Below are positions 26,701 through 32,138 of a stretch of DNA of 64,000 nt, one piece after another (position 1 is the stretch's first letter; every line of letters starts with the position of its first letter). The stretch is from a virus: the IMG/VR virus record IMGVR_UViG_3300028840_000789, positions 3,687 to 67,686 of that record, one strand, 5' to 3'. The position numbers were made by a program, and so were the translations under genes. The notes under the pieces were generated by a model, which saw nothing but the letters and a program-made list of their open reading frames with translations, was not told the origin of the DNA and ran no database searches.

Positions 26701-27714
26701 TCCAAGTTGACGTGCTTCACGGCGAGTAGATCCAAAACCTCTCATTATATTACCGAGTGCTAACGCATCAGTAAAGATGAAAGCCCGGTTCCACGCCAGC
26801 ATATCATCAGCAGCTTCTCCTGCAATAGTTCTCATTTGCTCCTCAGACATCTCGGGGTTTGATGCCTTCAGTTCGGCCAACGTCTCTTCATACGTCTCCA
26901 TTGCCATCATCTTACCTTCCCCGTAGTTAGTAATCATGGCAGAGGTAAATTGTTGACCTCTCGCACCAAGACCCTCTAGGTAAGGTGATATACCCTCAAG
27001 ATACTTTCCTAGACGAGCTTGACGAACAGCCTGTGCTGCACCACGAGTTCTTGCCAAACCCGCAAGACCTTTACCTGCCCACTTTCCTAATGCTTTTACA
27101 CCAGTACCAACTCCAAGACCGGTAACACCAAAGCCGACTGCTGAATCTAACAGTGATGCAAAAGCACCCCAGTAAAAGCCGGAGTCTCCCATATCAATAA
27201 TAGAACCAGGATCACGTCGATAGATCGGAGCAATATCTTCTCGTAATGCTTCTTTACCTTGTTTAGCAAGATCAGCGATCCAGTTACTACCTGCATCTTC
27301 CTCACCCTGTAGCAAACCTAGATGACTTTCAACATCAAGAATATAAGATGCATCCTCAATAGCTGTTAGAAGACCACCACCAATACCTTGTACAAATGAG
27401 TTAGCAGCTTGATGTGTCCACGGTTGATGTTCAGCACGCCACGTAGTTTGGTTAGCACCATAAGGCATATTCTTATCATACTTACCAAGCTTTTGATAAG
27501 GTGAAGCAAGGTCAAGCATACCATTGTCCATGCCACCTTGTTGCGCATTCTGCTTTAACCACTCTAAGTCTTCATCAGTAGCATCTGGGACAGCTCCTAT
27601 TGGTATAGGCTCTTTAATAGGATCATCCTTTAAAGGCTCTACTCCAAGAGCTTTAGCTAACTCTTCATCGGTCATAAAACCGTCCTGTCGATTCTGTTCG
27701 TTTATATCAGCCAT
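11719..27714 (-). CDS. Giant virion-packaged DNA-dependent RNA polymerase polyprotein, 5331 aa
   Basis: Catalytic GSDFDVDK (nt 18307-18324) preceded by YRIPT; QPQKP, IKSS and TQQRKL two-barrel RNAP motifs; zincin-like HELFH (15604-15618); C-terminal QFRRW / LPD-like region; follows the cargo genes. Confidence 0.93.
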   Translation of the reverse strand: MADINEQNRQDGFMTDEELAKALGVEPLKDDPIKEPIPIGAVPDATDEDLEWLKQNAQQGGMDNGMLDLASPYQKLGKYDKNMPYGANQTTWRAEHQPWTHQAANSFVQGIGGGLLTAIEDASYILDVESHLGLLQGEEDAGSNWIADLAKQGKEALREDIAPIYRRDPGSIIDMGDSGFYWGAFASLLDSAVGFGVTGLGVGTGVKALGKWAGKGLAGLARTRGAAQAVRQARLGKYLEGISPYLEGLGARGQQFTSAMITNYGEGKMMAMETYEETLAELKASNPEMSEEQMRTIAGEAADDMLAWNRAFIFTDALALGNIMRGFGSTRREARQLGAKAFRDSFKKLSVDNPLVQAVGESVEEIGQNVIQKEAKFQAKDRAGVVFDYGIPTTMQERLWSFATSEQALLEGVMGFLGGPIQYGIIQGPGDLMNKDRINEDYTKQQEQIKRNNAYVENKLQEQINRGIALRQATNQGESAAAEYIREDSFIDLAYENFERGTTDKLERTLEGAVSDKQAEIKAAKDANENTAMLEEELAELNQFQKRMITMENQFLGLRAKYSNPVFQPRLKEIFRLSRHQELANKHLEEVDNKISARKEKLLSDLARERGDAINADDIDIHVATKERDELNTLIEEHEAMKQEIQKRNSTIKMLEDKGLEPPHKKTPTNTITRQINKMKAQRDQLEGKIKVHQDNLAAIDRKQATIESNEFDGDHELSRDLKERAIIRSFKDSVTSQLANATSLEQAKKDFELAKKLMKEKAEADKAQRKKDAAKAKREKRAGKKIAKKQTEKESGEENTDPTVAGKSTDGKKEDGAKKTEETGTGVVTDPKKPPKVYKPNENPSQVTVDGIGDNGKKAMVKIFYKKDTVDRVIMMQGLNAAMLPIEGTIKRGEEEKIWEQIADKFTPEEAAESGDGQDGGSAKPGTGATNPKNPANVSTTNTTNTEKPLEINRIAKDLDKEASETITDENGQTVHLDNKLLLWGHNKISYVSRPFQRNGDQITDEGNELSQELRDPLMLAIGFYTEGTKVTLEVDRDYDDGTNTYASLVEKGADKEGNQKYDHIPIAIKNENGKIIGYLADTDSIPNRVVGENVEDDLEMLRIAREAIVKQGVYQSKIEHKSQGHLAFTAGKKPMSVAEAFKDPNVSIGVKTSKGIQYFNGKSPAGEYVGHDLNSGHLYAFVPKTKDSYFAIPLMSTRLDTRPEIVTSIVEAIRLHLTQNLTTEAFKAAEKAGFNLSTAKGLENYVRLFMDTAHLEKGEYLRDKMETVENENDSFIHITPNGIDIAIGGNKLYMTAMLDEDQNMVFRSGLGEDSVLIDSEEFYQGVADVVALSYFHASLDPAQQGQTPFETGKIKYPLITETGDAKIVETAYDTFLKGVHTTNVVQFDLGDGNYTVFQQPNITVTVPTEVPGPVEDVEVKTEPKKKGSPTTVESKAREILDSIDEGGVPAFITNALRSVAKGLDIPILGSDTPNAVIEKIRAKLEGTTVEDAPIQTKPKPEPKKYGDDELGTSFVTGAVAAEPEKGDISDPIIQEAIDEYARFRVDGITALQQHELVSSFAFGVLNQLVAKQGKKLSYGQIIAEIKANLEAQERNVRADGNDEVADKVANIISDKNWPKIAEAIKSRLKRINGIKISEGNTNDDHQEANESLDIEGYNEKTDYDKTNIELNPHDTLSGRLKLFLSGINQVDRRRPDGKKRASYLMVELFEAHDEVYAALQAILAGAAPKYSEVIARLKSARDRNVQPYLAQVVDKLEAAGEQVQNEFATEMTKGAVKMKYVIQDGQSMKVVDSNRTAEGRTLMDMWMSNLRANDDMFQTEDGDVRYTAEDVEQIEKDFNTVKQHVKNRLGPENKDYQEWLDTAVRLYDQYLSHFGIELEPLALEESVTHNGIWTQRIKPKTGALVILLERAQQSAKTGQSIEEVSLFEDNAIRRMASHNAIFRNDVHAHSFYNGKNKMIYGYAYNKYMNDRFRLLLDPQQSLLENLKEMAYNKNARWAKLLESDPDMQEVFDMFLVDAYKSEGRQKGKETGELTDPELSVLELALFTNNGRMRNKGTKRIVHMLYPNTGKKNLTALTTVGVDTAMNSEENLADDMVDILFEEMVKPDMDRIHAFTNVNVDNPQMQGGKGLFYFVPELNHEGGSTLVQELYDEDGVLLPMADLETEVASNGKTHIQNIKDIVASHFQSKLNDLIAKWEEHGIIQTSSNGKKYLKNVDGSYLTHAKNMSAASGEKLMKYVAMDFLMNSLVANTNIFKLFAGDPALFWTKGADVQAQVRNTFDNIGKRLAGDDAPGRPRVLNPVKRNIIYGIVDDRKARSLNEELAKKHKEYAAIKGADSQEWTTLEEHLDVLVSQGMIPREQAERWLRLEDKKQLSKQDLSQIFELTKALQPQKPVYRWNYRRADDGLTERAVYIKSSSIPLIKQLTEGLEIDKVRQKMIQGRVDRVASRSAWKLGALISQDGDTSTSQLWDENGDVRDDFEFDATNTLALPLEGFRIQQDIPYNPNKSRIKDATQQRKLLLVDLLQHPEMSEIAKRYMDNYTQLFEAKAEYLLNTLSPKNEETGVRELNVSVVQKKLHEEAIARGYPNNDIALLALPEAEFIAQLPFSNSRTRVESLLNSIVQNKVLENKVPGAGHVLVSEDGWKLNKEMLDDEAALQKFLDSPGNGIVFTDNYKGELKPAKLEDRMVEEEQFEEVNRMERVKALVAKGGHKKSVKVDVAYKDNNKPAKGMKAKTLFGALKSGEATGISTQYKEFDTLAEGDVIRVEGPSEAAFYKIVQKREASETTPEEFAKVQGLDVENVRANWRRASAEETGEAVRGIGYEDHVQLILEPAETEFTETFAGGAFQINTEGGDQNMVLEELAAEFNLNISAYHHRETPSNLANTIRLSEGQETAASNALEQAALSLPNKSIPEGDKGRLVRAHIRASHRVVMESSEIIMTGRFNGDHLEDQGAWTAQMAIDQGKKVSLYDNLTDKWYVTYYTPADGFVGWRELDELPKLKPNTGIVLAFGNTNKGRDAIKAAIRNTFVEKRSLGKKAVPQKRVRPAQVIVPWNFRDHNGNVIPMEQFMNDDGRIDMTRIPAELLRSFAYRIPTSNQSSMAEVEIVGFLPMEQNMVIATRDFVAQMGSDFDVDKLYMNFFNFETYTDTDGQVKMRRYQHSEAEIEKKWAAEKARLDEERENDASVNTIWDKEDAILQSKIKRLQDEQHEIHLEVMSRPETYDLMTNPIGYGQLEELAAEIDSKLNSAGVFSPATSMYQRDRYLSGRQAKAGVGVFSLVTTFMSTVQMSGKPMYFATKNENTGRLHEIRFRFGEQYGTRMDNPLGHGGVRKSQVAAYFQNAALDDEKIGALSKLNINNSTYPVINALIVSGFDERTISAFINQPIVRDYVTALNKYQGTFVEDADNNGAAKLAYAEVVEKYNSPEFEQTLQESNEDYMLLNMARQISSDTMMDQINTESDIETQRALLEYFVHIKRFGDDLRTATTAINSDSKGIPKFYSHSVLKEEDARKLGQLKIYNAPALLGDFFENIEEADEGLELTSFNPRTINGLAYKFGLHINNQLWRTILPYDNDFFNEVVSRIEHTSGLRNRGHDARGALRHQISLEVASYMSSALTENVQQLRGRLTKDTKTNKSLASIVKMLKEQSKLADNAFFRLLKHHVTKKNDGLSLVYIENASARRITEEHIHAGFMSLLEENRPLGTFNGKEYTTNDLAMDLAMYDILSGNHDARSFSRYVPFPLRRRLLERAVGKDNTLWHDSERMKPEAFLMQYYQHKPYHAKRITASNSGMFVASDNEEIGKAKVLMVDPEALEGNEKWQNELVSMDEKDKGGPMKYFSVRRIVNKKPQWSLYVFDGSNAEGEYIYKQIPVLGTFGMSEYVRTVGDSPIQSLMEKNNRRAFQELENPNSTLPNSTDSTNPVIKTESTTPKRPRQSAVYDALPAFPKATRLLEHVTGITGVPAYEYFANYLLDGFRDVMNQVTIVNDDETSKDETDKDALFKVTEDGKVSITFYRKAMHQRRYSREDVMRVIFHELFHVVTWEQLEDVMKKRETDSTMKKLYAELEEIMKYVKPKMFAAIDDLEDEALKSRLRQLEGETAIHEFAVEILTDKAVQKILNKIQLPKSLKRRANTSDDIKDGVVKLISASLEGDAYDPNSALTRAMEIALQVTYTKRQEIGKKASGHAFETGAVAPIEADPYARTGPPKGVDKIIADRQQRVKEIQGTIAQIRGVKGSILRVQELESRIRVLNREIKNLRNRKTLKKIDLFAARDLDRVRQIVAKGDDMRPEHFFEAERIVNLWKKSMDVLFTQEEREDPDNELVAKLEEYKNTAERLEGRLSEGRDKLMNKYMESVGVKKGIDQILQESKDVDWLHAQTLDISRFDNAMFQVISKFVWDADMHFKNELAEFEEEFNGIAEKAIKKLKERGYKGDRLYDLFRQKDERGRYTGWTVSPFTPEYYWMRTKLANEAKKEGGEAWTKYYDFIRKNNLTFDFRRLFKIDEVFESEEDRAYNHTFLSAAMKEGDQAHRDEIREIIGDAEYEKMMGQAAEALENYKSDYEHAKEMITEEIKDEEERNKLIRKWVKENSPYWYGERVIDGDNTKVRGALKDVKKTENDYVPSIARTDEYADENFKEIASDEDLLRFYDYYTRQMRHVRQILPDHAVEHMSQNSVAYLKKSVGDLIVNSGSLTAGIGVIMDAANKMIAQNERESAFVSTDPITGEAVTGFNIKIPSDKAAVDDIVDKMRLAHIADNGQEPTLAERREMIAVARDKVAHDKRFDLEAALKYSVMMGLSYKHKARVEPAVKLASRIMSNAAEVQRTADGRNVIDRATKKLMYKDNVGAFAMQRRALDQFMRHFYGIPQEHEGSWGKWLTTEEKQERKEMEDLLDKLRKQYLDGELAHEEYEKAKARVEQRLENLGQTIKPTKFVKAAMKMVQLKGMGWNFFSAWNNINFGVIANWVTAADRRFYTQKELAAGYGLTLHSIGRNASFNMITTDTAKKIRSLVRKFNLDDLTHEYQRNSVGKKGWFPQRLMPLAMMSSSEYLNYAPLMVAMLKHHKMEDGSEAWEHYDANGKWIHETEAEPDIAAKIVSVKNMNHGNYHASATILADRSVWGQMFMQFRRWIGEAFAQRFEAEKDDAILGVKRKGRYNTGVGFISFTGTEDMGWAQATLFTLGQLGRKLMFADTTFDEAGFSEVDAANLRKNLQELVILLGIVGTTLMLKMAVNPDDEQQKAIIYTLLNTLSRLQMDVTFYANPFEMETLIRRPIPIASLITDTYSFMDASVKLILGQDEIKSGIYAGHSRWMREAGQLMPLTTQFYRAYSASKMIY

Positions 27715-29708
27715 TATTGGTAGATTCCATTAGATGCCGCAAAATATCGAGCAACTTGTTTAATAGATAGTCTTGCTGGTTTCCCATTGATCGTTGTTCT
27801 AAAGAAAGTTCCTTTACCTATATATTGATCATTATCATCAAATGCATAGTCAGCTTCCCACGTTCCAGTTAGATCACCTAGGGTACCGAGATTAATAGTA
27901 GTGGGTTCCGACACGCGTGTCTCTCCTAGCATCACTTGCCTAGCACCCTCAAAGCCCGCTGCATTAATCTGACGTTCAATTTCATCAGATTGCATCCAAT
28001 ACGTCTCACCTTGGATTGTCCACTCCATCGCCTCCTTATCTACAAGTGGAATATTAAGACCAGCAAGTTGTACTTGGGACTTAAACTTGCGCATCTCATC
28101 ACCATCGTTTAAATCGACACCAGCTTTCTTAGCAAGCTCATGAATAGTATGTTGTTTTCCATCCTTATCAAAGAGCAATGTGCCTGTAAGTGCACCAAAC
28201 TCTGCGGAGGCATCATCACCACGATATACACGTTCAATAGTTTTATGAGTGTCTTCACCAGCAGGAAATCCTATAGGTGTCATAGTTTCATGCTCATCAA
28301 TAAAGCTATTGTAACGATTCTGAATCTTTTCATCAAGTTCCGCTATTAAGGGTGCGCTAGGATCAATCATTCCTTCACCTTTGGGCTTCATCAACTCTTT
28401 AAATACGTCCTCATGTCCAGCTTCTTTATACACATCCTCCATTATTCCGAGCATTCCTCTATGCGTAGTATTGAAAGCTTCCTTATCAAAGGTTCCATCA
28501 CTCTTACGATAAATATCAACATACTCTGTTATATTAGTAACAGGTTGTTCTGAAAGCCGTCTTGCGACAAGATATTCATTCCGTATTGCTGGATCAAGAC
28601 CTTGTAAGAACGCATCTGTGAGACCATTACGTTCCATCTCGCCAAAGCTAAAGGTATCAAGAGTAGGATCACTTTGTACAATAGCCATTCGTGCTTTACG
28701 AAGTCGTGAATTAATGTGGCTTGTTATAGCTTCCTTATTAACCTTCTTAAAGTCTTTAGCAACTGGGTTATTAACAACATGCCGTTTAGTTAGAGCTTGT
28801 GACCAGATGTTATTCTTAGCACCTTCACCTGAAGGATTAAGTGCTCCAGGTATCTGAAAGTTACTCTCAACTCTACTATGCTTTTGATTTGAACCCGCTT
28901 GATACAAGTAGTTATACAAGTAGTCGCGTACACCTTTCTTTAGCGTACCATCAGCATTACGGATCTCACCCAAACCATTCTCCATTGCAACACGTCGAGC
29001 TAACTGATTACCACCTTGTGTTGAATCGGCAAATTCGTCAAGGACTTCATCCACACGATCTCTAATCCGTTGGTCAGTAATACCACTATACTTGCTGGTC
29101 TTTAACATATTGACAGTACCAGCAGCAGTACTTAAACCCATCACCTGCGGGTCACCTGTACTCATATTAGCAATGAGCTTATCCATATGACGTTTAGCAT
29201 CCGATAGATGATCAAGAGCTAACTCCTTACCATGCTTATACGAATGCCAGTTACCTTCATCATCTTGCCATGTACCCGTAGGCGCATTCGGAGTAAAGTC
29301 CCAAATAGTCTGACCCTTTGCCCTCGACTCTCTCATAAACTGCTTCTCGAACTTCTTTTCATCAGCAGTATCTTTCATAGCTTGTATTCTAGGATCAGCT
29401 ACATACTTACGAATAAGTTGTTTGGCACTCCGTTGGAATTGCTTACTCTCAAATGCACCATCATAATCTTCTAACATCAAACCAATATCCTCATCAAATT
29501 CACCAGCAAGTGCATTACGAATATCTTGATCGTTAGCATCTACTTCCATAGTGCCTAGTATCTCCTTTGCCTGCTCCGTAATGAGTTCACCCTCTTCATA
29601 CTTCTTGACGAGGGTGTCCTGCATTCCCGAGAAAGCACCAGTAGTATCAATAGGAGTTGGTAGGTTAAACGGTTGGAAGTTAAATCCAAGTTGCGCCTTT
29701 TGTGCCAT
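27714..29708 (-). CDS. Virion cargo/ejection protein, 664 aa
   Basis: Helical protein directly upstream of the RNAP, the usual position of crAss-like cargo proteins; FQPF.LP N-terminus. Confidence 0.6.
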   Translation of the reverse strand: MAQKAQLGFNFQPFNLPTPIDTTGAFSGMQDTLVKKYEEGELITEQAKEILGTMEVDANDQDIRNALAGEFDEDIGLMLEDYDGAFESKQFQRSAKQLIRKYVADPRIQAMKDTADEKKFEKQFMRESRAKGQTIWDFTPNAPTGTWQDDEGNWHSYKHGKELALDHLSDAKRHMDKLIANMSTGDPQVMGLSTAAGTVNMLKTSKYSGITDQRIRDRVDEVLDEFADSTQGGNQLARRVAMENGLGEIRNADGTLKKGVRDYLYNYLYQAGSNQKHSRVESNFQIPGALNPSGEGAKNNIWSQALTKRHVVNNPVAKDFKKVNKEAITSHINSRLRKARMAIVQSDPTLDTFSFGEMERNGLTDAFLQGLDPAIRNEYLVARRLSEQPVTNITEYVDIYRKSDGTFDKEAFNTTHRGMLGIMEDVYKEAGHEDVFKELMKPKGEGMIDPSAPLIAELDEKIQNRYNSFIDEHETMTPIGFPAGEDTHKTIERVYRGDDASAEFGALTGTLLFDKDGKQHTIHELAKKAGVDLNDGDEMRKFKSQVQLAGLNIPLVDKEAMEWTIQGETYWMQSDEIERQINAAGFEGARQVMLGETRVSEPTTINLGTLGDLTGTWEADYAFDDNDQYIGKGTFFRTTINGKPARLSIKQVARYFAASNGIYQ

Positions 29709-29713
29709 CGTTA

Positions 29714-31396
29714 TTAAGTATTAAGATCTAAATCAGGGTTACTAATTCTTTCCATAAACTGATCAACAGTAAGACCAAGAGACTTAGCCGCTCTTTCGAT
29801 AACGCCTGTATCAGCTTGACCCAAGAACTTCAAGAAGTTGGCCTTATTCACACCACGTTCCATTCTACCAGCTTGTACTTGATTCAGTACGTTCTGGATA
29901 GCAGACTGACGAGCAGCTTGGGTAAGTCCACGGCGTTGGTTACGACGTTGCATGTTCTGCGCCATTGTACTATTAACAGTAGCACGGTTAAACATATCTT
30001 GACGTCTCTCCTGTTGATCTTGTGCGAGATTAAACTGATTCTCAGCTTGCGCTTCTTTCAGTGCAATATCAGTATCAGCTCCAAGAACCTTAGCCATCAT
30101 CGCATTGAGATCAGCACCTGTTACATCTGGACGTTTACTAAAGGTATTGAATTGACCTTCAGCGCGGTTCATCATCTCGTTACGTACAGATCGAAATGGT
30201 GTACTACGTGACGTTGAAAGAGTAGGAGTTATATCACTCTCCAATCTCTTAGCATCCTGTATGTTCTGAAAGCCACCAACAAGGGCAGAGATATTGGCAA
30301 GTGTACTACCAAACTCTGGAGAAGTAACTTTATTTCCTATGTTGCGTATGAAGTCACCTGCATCAGTACGCCACTTTCCACCACCTTCTGGTATATCCAT
30401 CATTGGAAGAGTCGTGGGTAAACCGGGATCAGTTACACCAGGAAGTTGAGGAGGTATAGACTGTAGAGGAAGACCTAGACCATCTTGGGCCTTCATCTTA
30501 CCACCATATCCTAGATAAGCCGCAATATTAACAGGTCTCTTATGAAATGATCCGCCCATCCCCATTGTCTTAGAAAGAGTAGCAGGAACATTAGGACTAT
30601 TAATAGCAGGTTGTGGAGCCTTAGGCTCGATAGTTGTAGGTTTATATCTTGCGTTCTCTACCATACGTTTAAGTACATCAACAGTATCTTTAAGTTCTTT
30701 GTTCTCCATCATCGCATCCATACCTCTATTAAAGACATTTTCCAAAGCAGTTAAAGGACTTCTCTTCGGATCAGTTCCGAGATCAATTCCATCTTCAGCA
30801 AAGTTCTTAGCAAAGTTTGCCATCTGTACCTCATTCTTTGAGTACTGCTCTTTGTTGGCCATAACTTTATTAGCGGCTTCTTTAACAGACATACCACGAC
30901 GTTTTGCCCAACGGGTAAATTTACCACGATTCTCTGGCTTGATCTTAATGCTACCGCCAGCTTTCATCGTCTGTGTCTTACGAGGGGCAGACCCTACCAC
31001 ATCTGCTATCGGACCAGTAGGTCTTTGTGAACCCGCATAACCTGTGACAGCTTTATCACCAATCATTATTTCAACAGGTTTACCTGGAGTAAAGTCTGAT
31101 TCTGGATCGACACTTATAGGAATACCATCAACGTCAAATGATCGTTGAGCATTTGATGCAAGGTCGATTAGAAGTTGTGCAACCTTTTTCTCTGATAGAT
31201 TGGGAGCAGCTTCTTGTATATCCTTTGGACTGACAACAACTCCGCCATCAGCATAAATAGTTTTGGCAGTACCTTTAACTAAAGTACCGCCAATAGGCAT
31301 TCTTTTACGTCTGTTACTGAGATAACGTCTACCGTTTTCACCTAGTTCGGTAACGCTACCACCAGTAGCCTTAGACCATCTTCTATTACGTGACAT
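29714..31396 (-). CDS. Virion cargo/ejection protein, 560 aa
   Basis: IKIKPENRGKFT...ANFAKN motif typical of crAss-like cargo proteins; Q/A/N-rich coiled C-terminus. Confidence 0.7.
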   Translation of the reverse strand: MSRNRRWSKATGGSVTELGENGRRYLSNRRKRMPIGGTLVKGTAKTIYADGGVVVSPKDIQEAAPNLSEKKVAQLLIDLASNAQRSFDVDGIPISVDPESDFTPGKPVEIMIGDKAVTGYAGSQRPTGPIADVVGSAPRKTQTMKAGGSIKIKPENRGKFTRWAKRRGMSVKEAANKVMANKEQYSKNEVQMANFAKNFAEDGIDLGTDPKRSPLTALENVFNRGMDAMMENKELKDTVDVLKRMVENARYKPTTIEPKAPQPAINSPNVPATLSKTMGMGGSFHKRPVNIAAYLGYGGKMKAQDGLGLPLQSIPPQLPGVTDPGLPTTLPMMDIPEGGGKWRTDAGDFIRNIGNKVTSPEFGSTLANISALVGGFQNIQDAKRLESDITPTLSTSRSTPFRSVRNEMMNRAEGQFNTFSKRPDVTGADLNAMMAKVLGADTDIALKEAQAENQFNLAQDQQERRQDMFNRATVNSTMAQNMQRRNQRRGLTQAARQSAIQNVLNQVQAGRMERGVNKANFLKFLGQADTGVIERAAKSLGLTVDQFMERISNPDLDLNT

Positions 31397-31406
31397 AGTT
31401 CTAGTA

Positions 31407-32138
31407 TTAGAATCGTTCTTTACTTAATTTACTAAATTCTTGTGTAGCAAACAAATCTTGATATAATATTTCTACTCGATCAAGCATTGCTAACGAGGTG
31501 TTAATGGTTGGCACGTCTAACGTGTCCATCTTCTCCTCATAGTCTTTCTTATACGAGGCCAGTTTTTCAGCAATTTTGGCATAAGAATCCCTTTTAAAAC
31601 TAAATCCAAACTCCTTAGCTCTATCAACAAAGTCATTTGGCACCTTCAACCGCTTTGAAAACACTGCATCATTCTTTATGACCTCACCACCTTCTACCTC
31701 AACCTCTGCTACTCCATCAAGATTGACATCAACGTCCACTCCACCATTTGCATGGCCAGGGCCGTTTACTCGCATAACATCGCTTGCAATACGACTAGGG
31801 TTGACTTCCATCCCTAGACCCTGTAAGGGTTGATTAGGATTCGTTGCAGCACTCAAATCCATACCAAATGCAGCTTCATTAAACTGATTGTTAAACGCTA
31901 TAGCGTCATTCATGTCAGCGATGTACTGAGCAGAATCAGCAAAGCGTTGTTGACGTGCCCGTGCTTGCGCTGCCTCTTTTTCAGCCTTAGCATCGCCGAG
32001 CAACTTACTAGCAACACCGAAGACGGCACCGACACCCATACCAACAGGACCACCACCGATCCCGCCTACTGCACCTTGTGCAGCGGCACCTAAGATACCA
32101 CCGACATCGCGTCTTGTTTTCATTCTAAAGCATCCCAT
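31407..32138 (-). CDS. Virion cargo protein 1-like (ejection/membrane channel), 243 aa
   Basis: Gly/Ala-rich hydrophobic N-terminal segment; GP.H..GGV...EVEGGE....VFS.RL motif; directly after the muzzle gene. Confidence 0.7.
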   Translation of the reverse strand: MGCFRMKTRRDVGGILGAAAQGAVGGIGGGPVGMGVGAVFGVASKLLGDAKAEKEAAQARARQQRFADSAQYIADMNDAIAFNNQFNEAAFGMDLSAATNPNQPLQGLGMEVNPSRIASDVMRVNGPGHANGGVDVDVNLDGVAEVEVEGGEVIKNDAVFSKRLKVPNDFVDRAKEFGFSFKRDSYAKIAEKLASYKKDYEEKMDTLDVPTINTSLAMLDRVEILYQDLFATQEFSKLSKERF

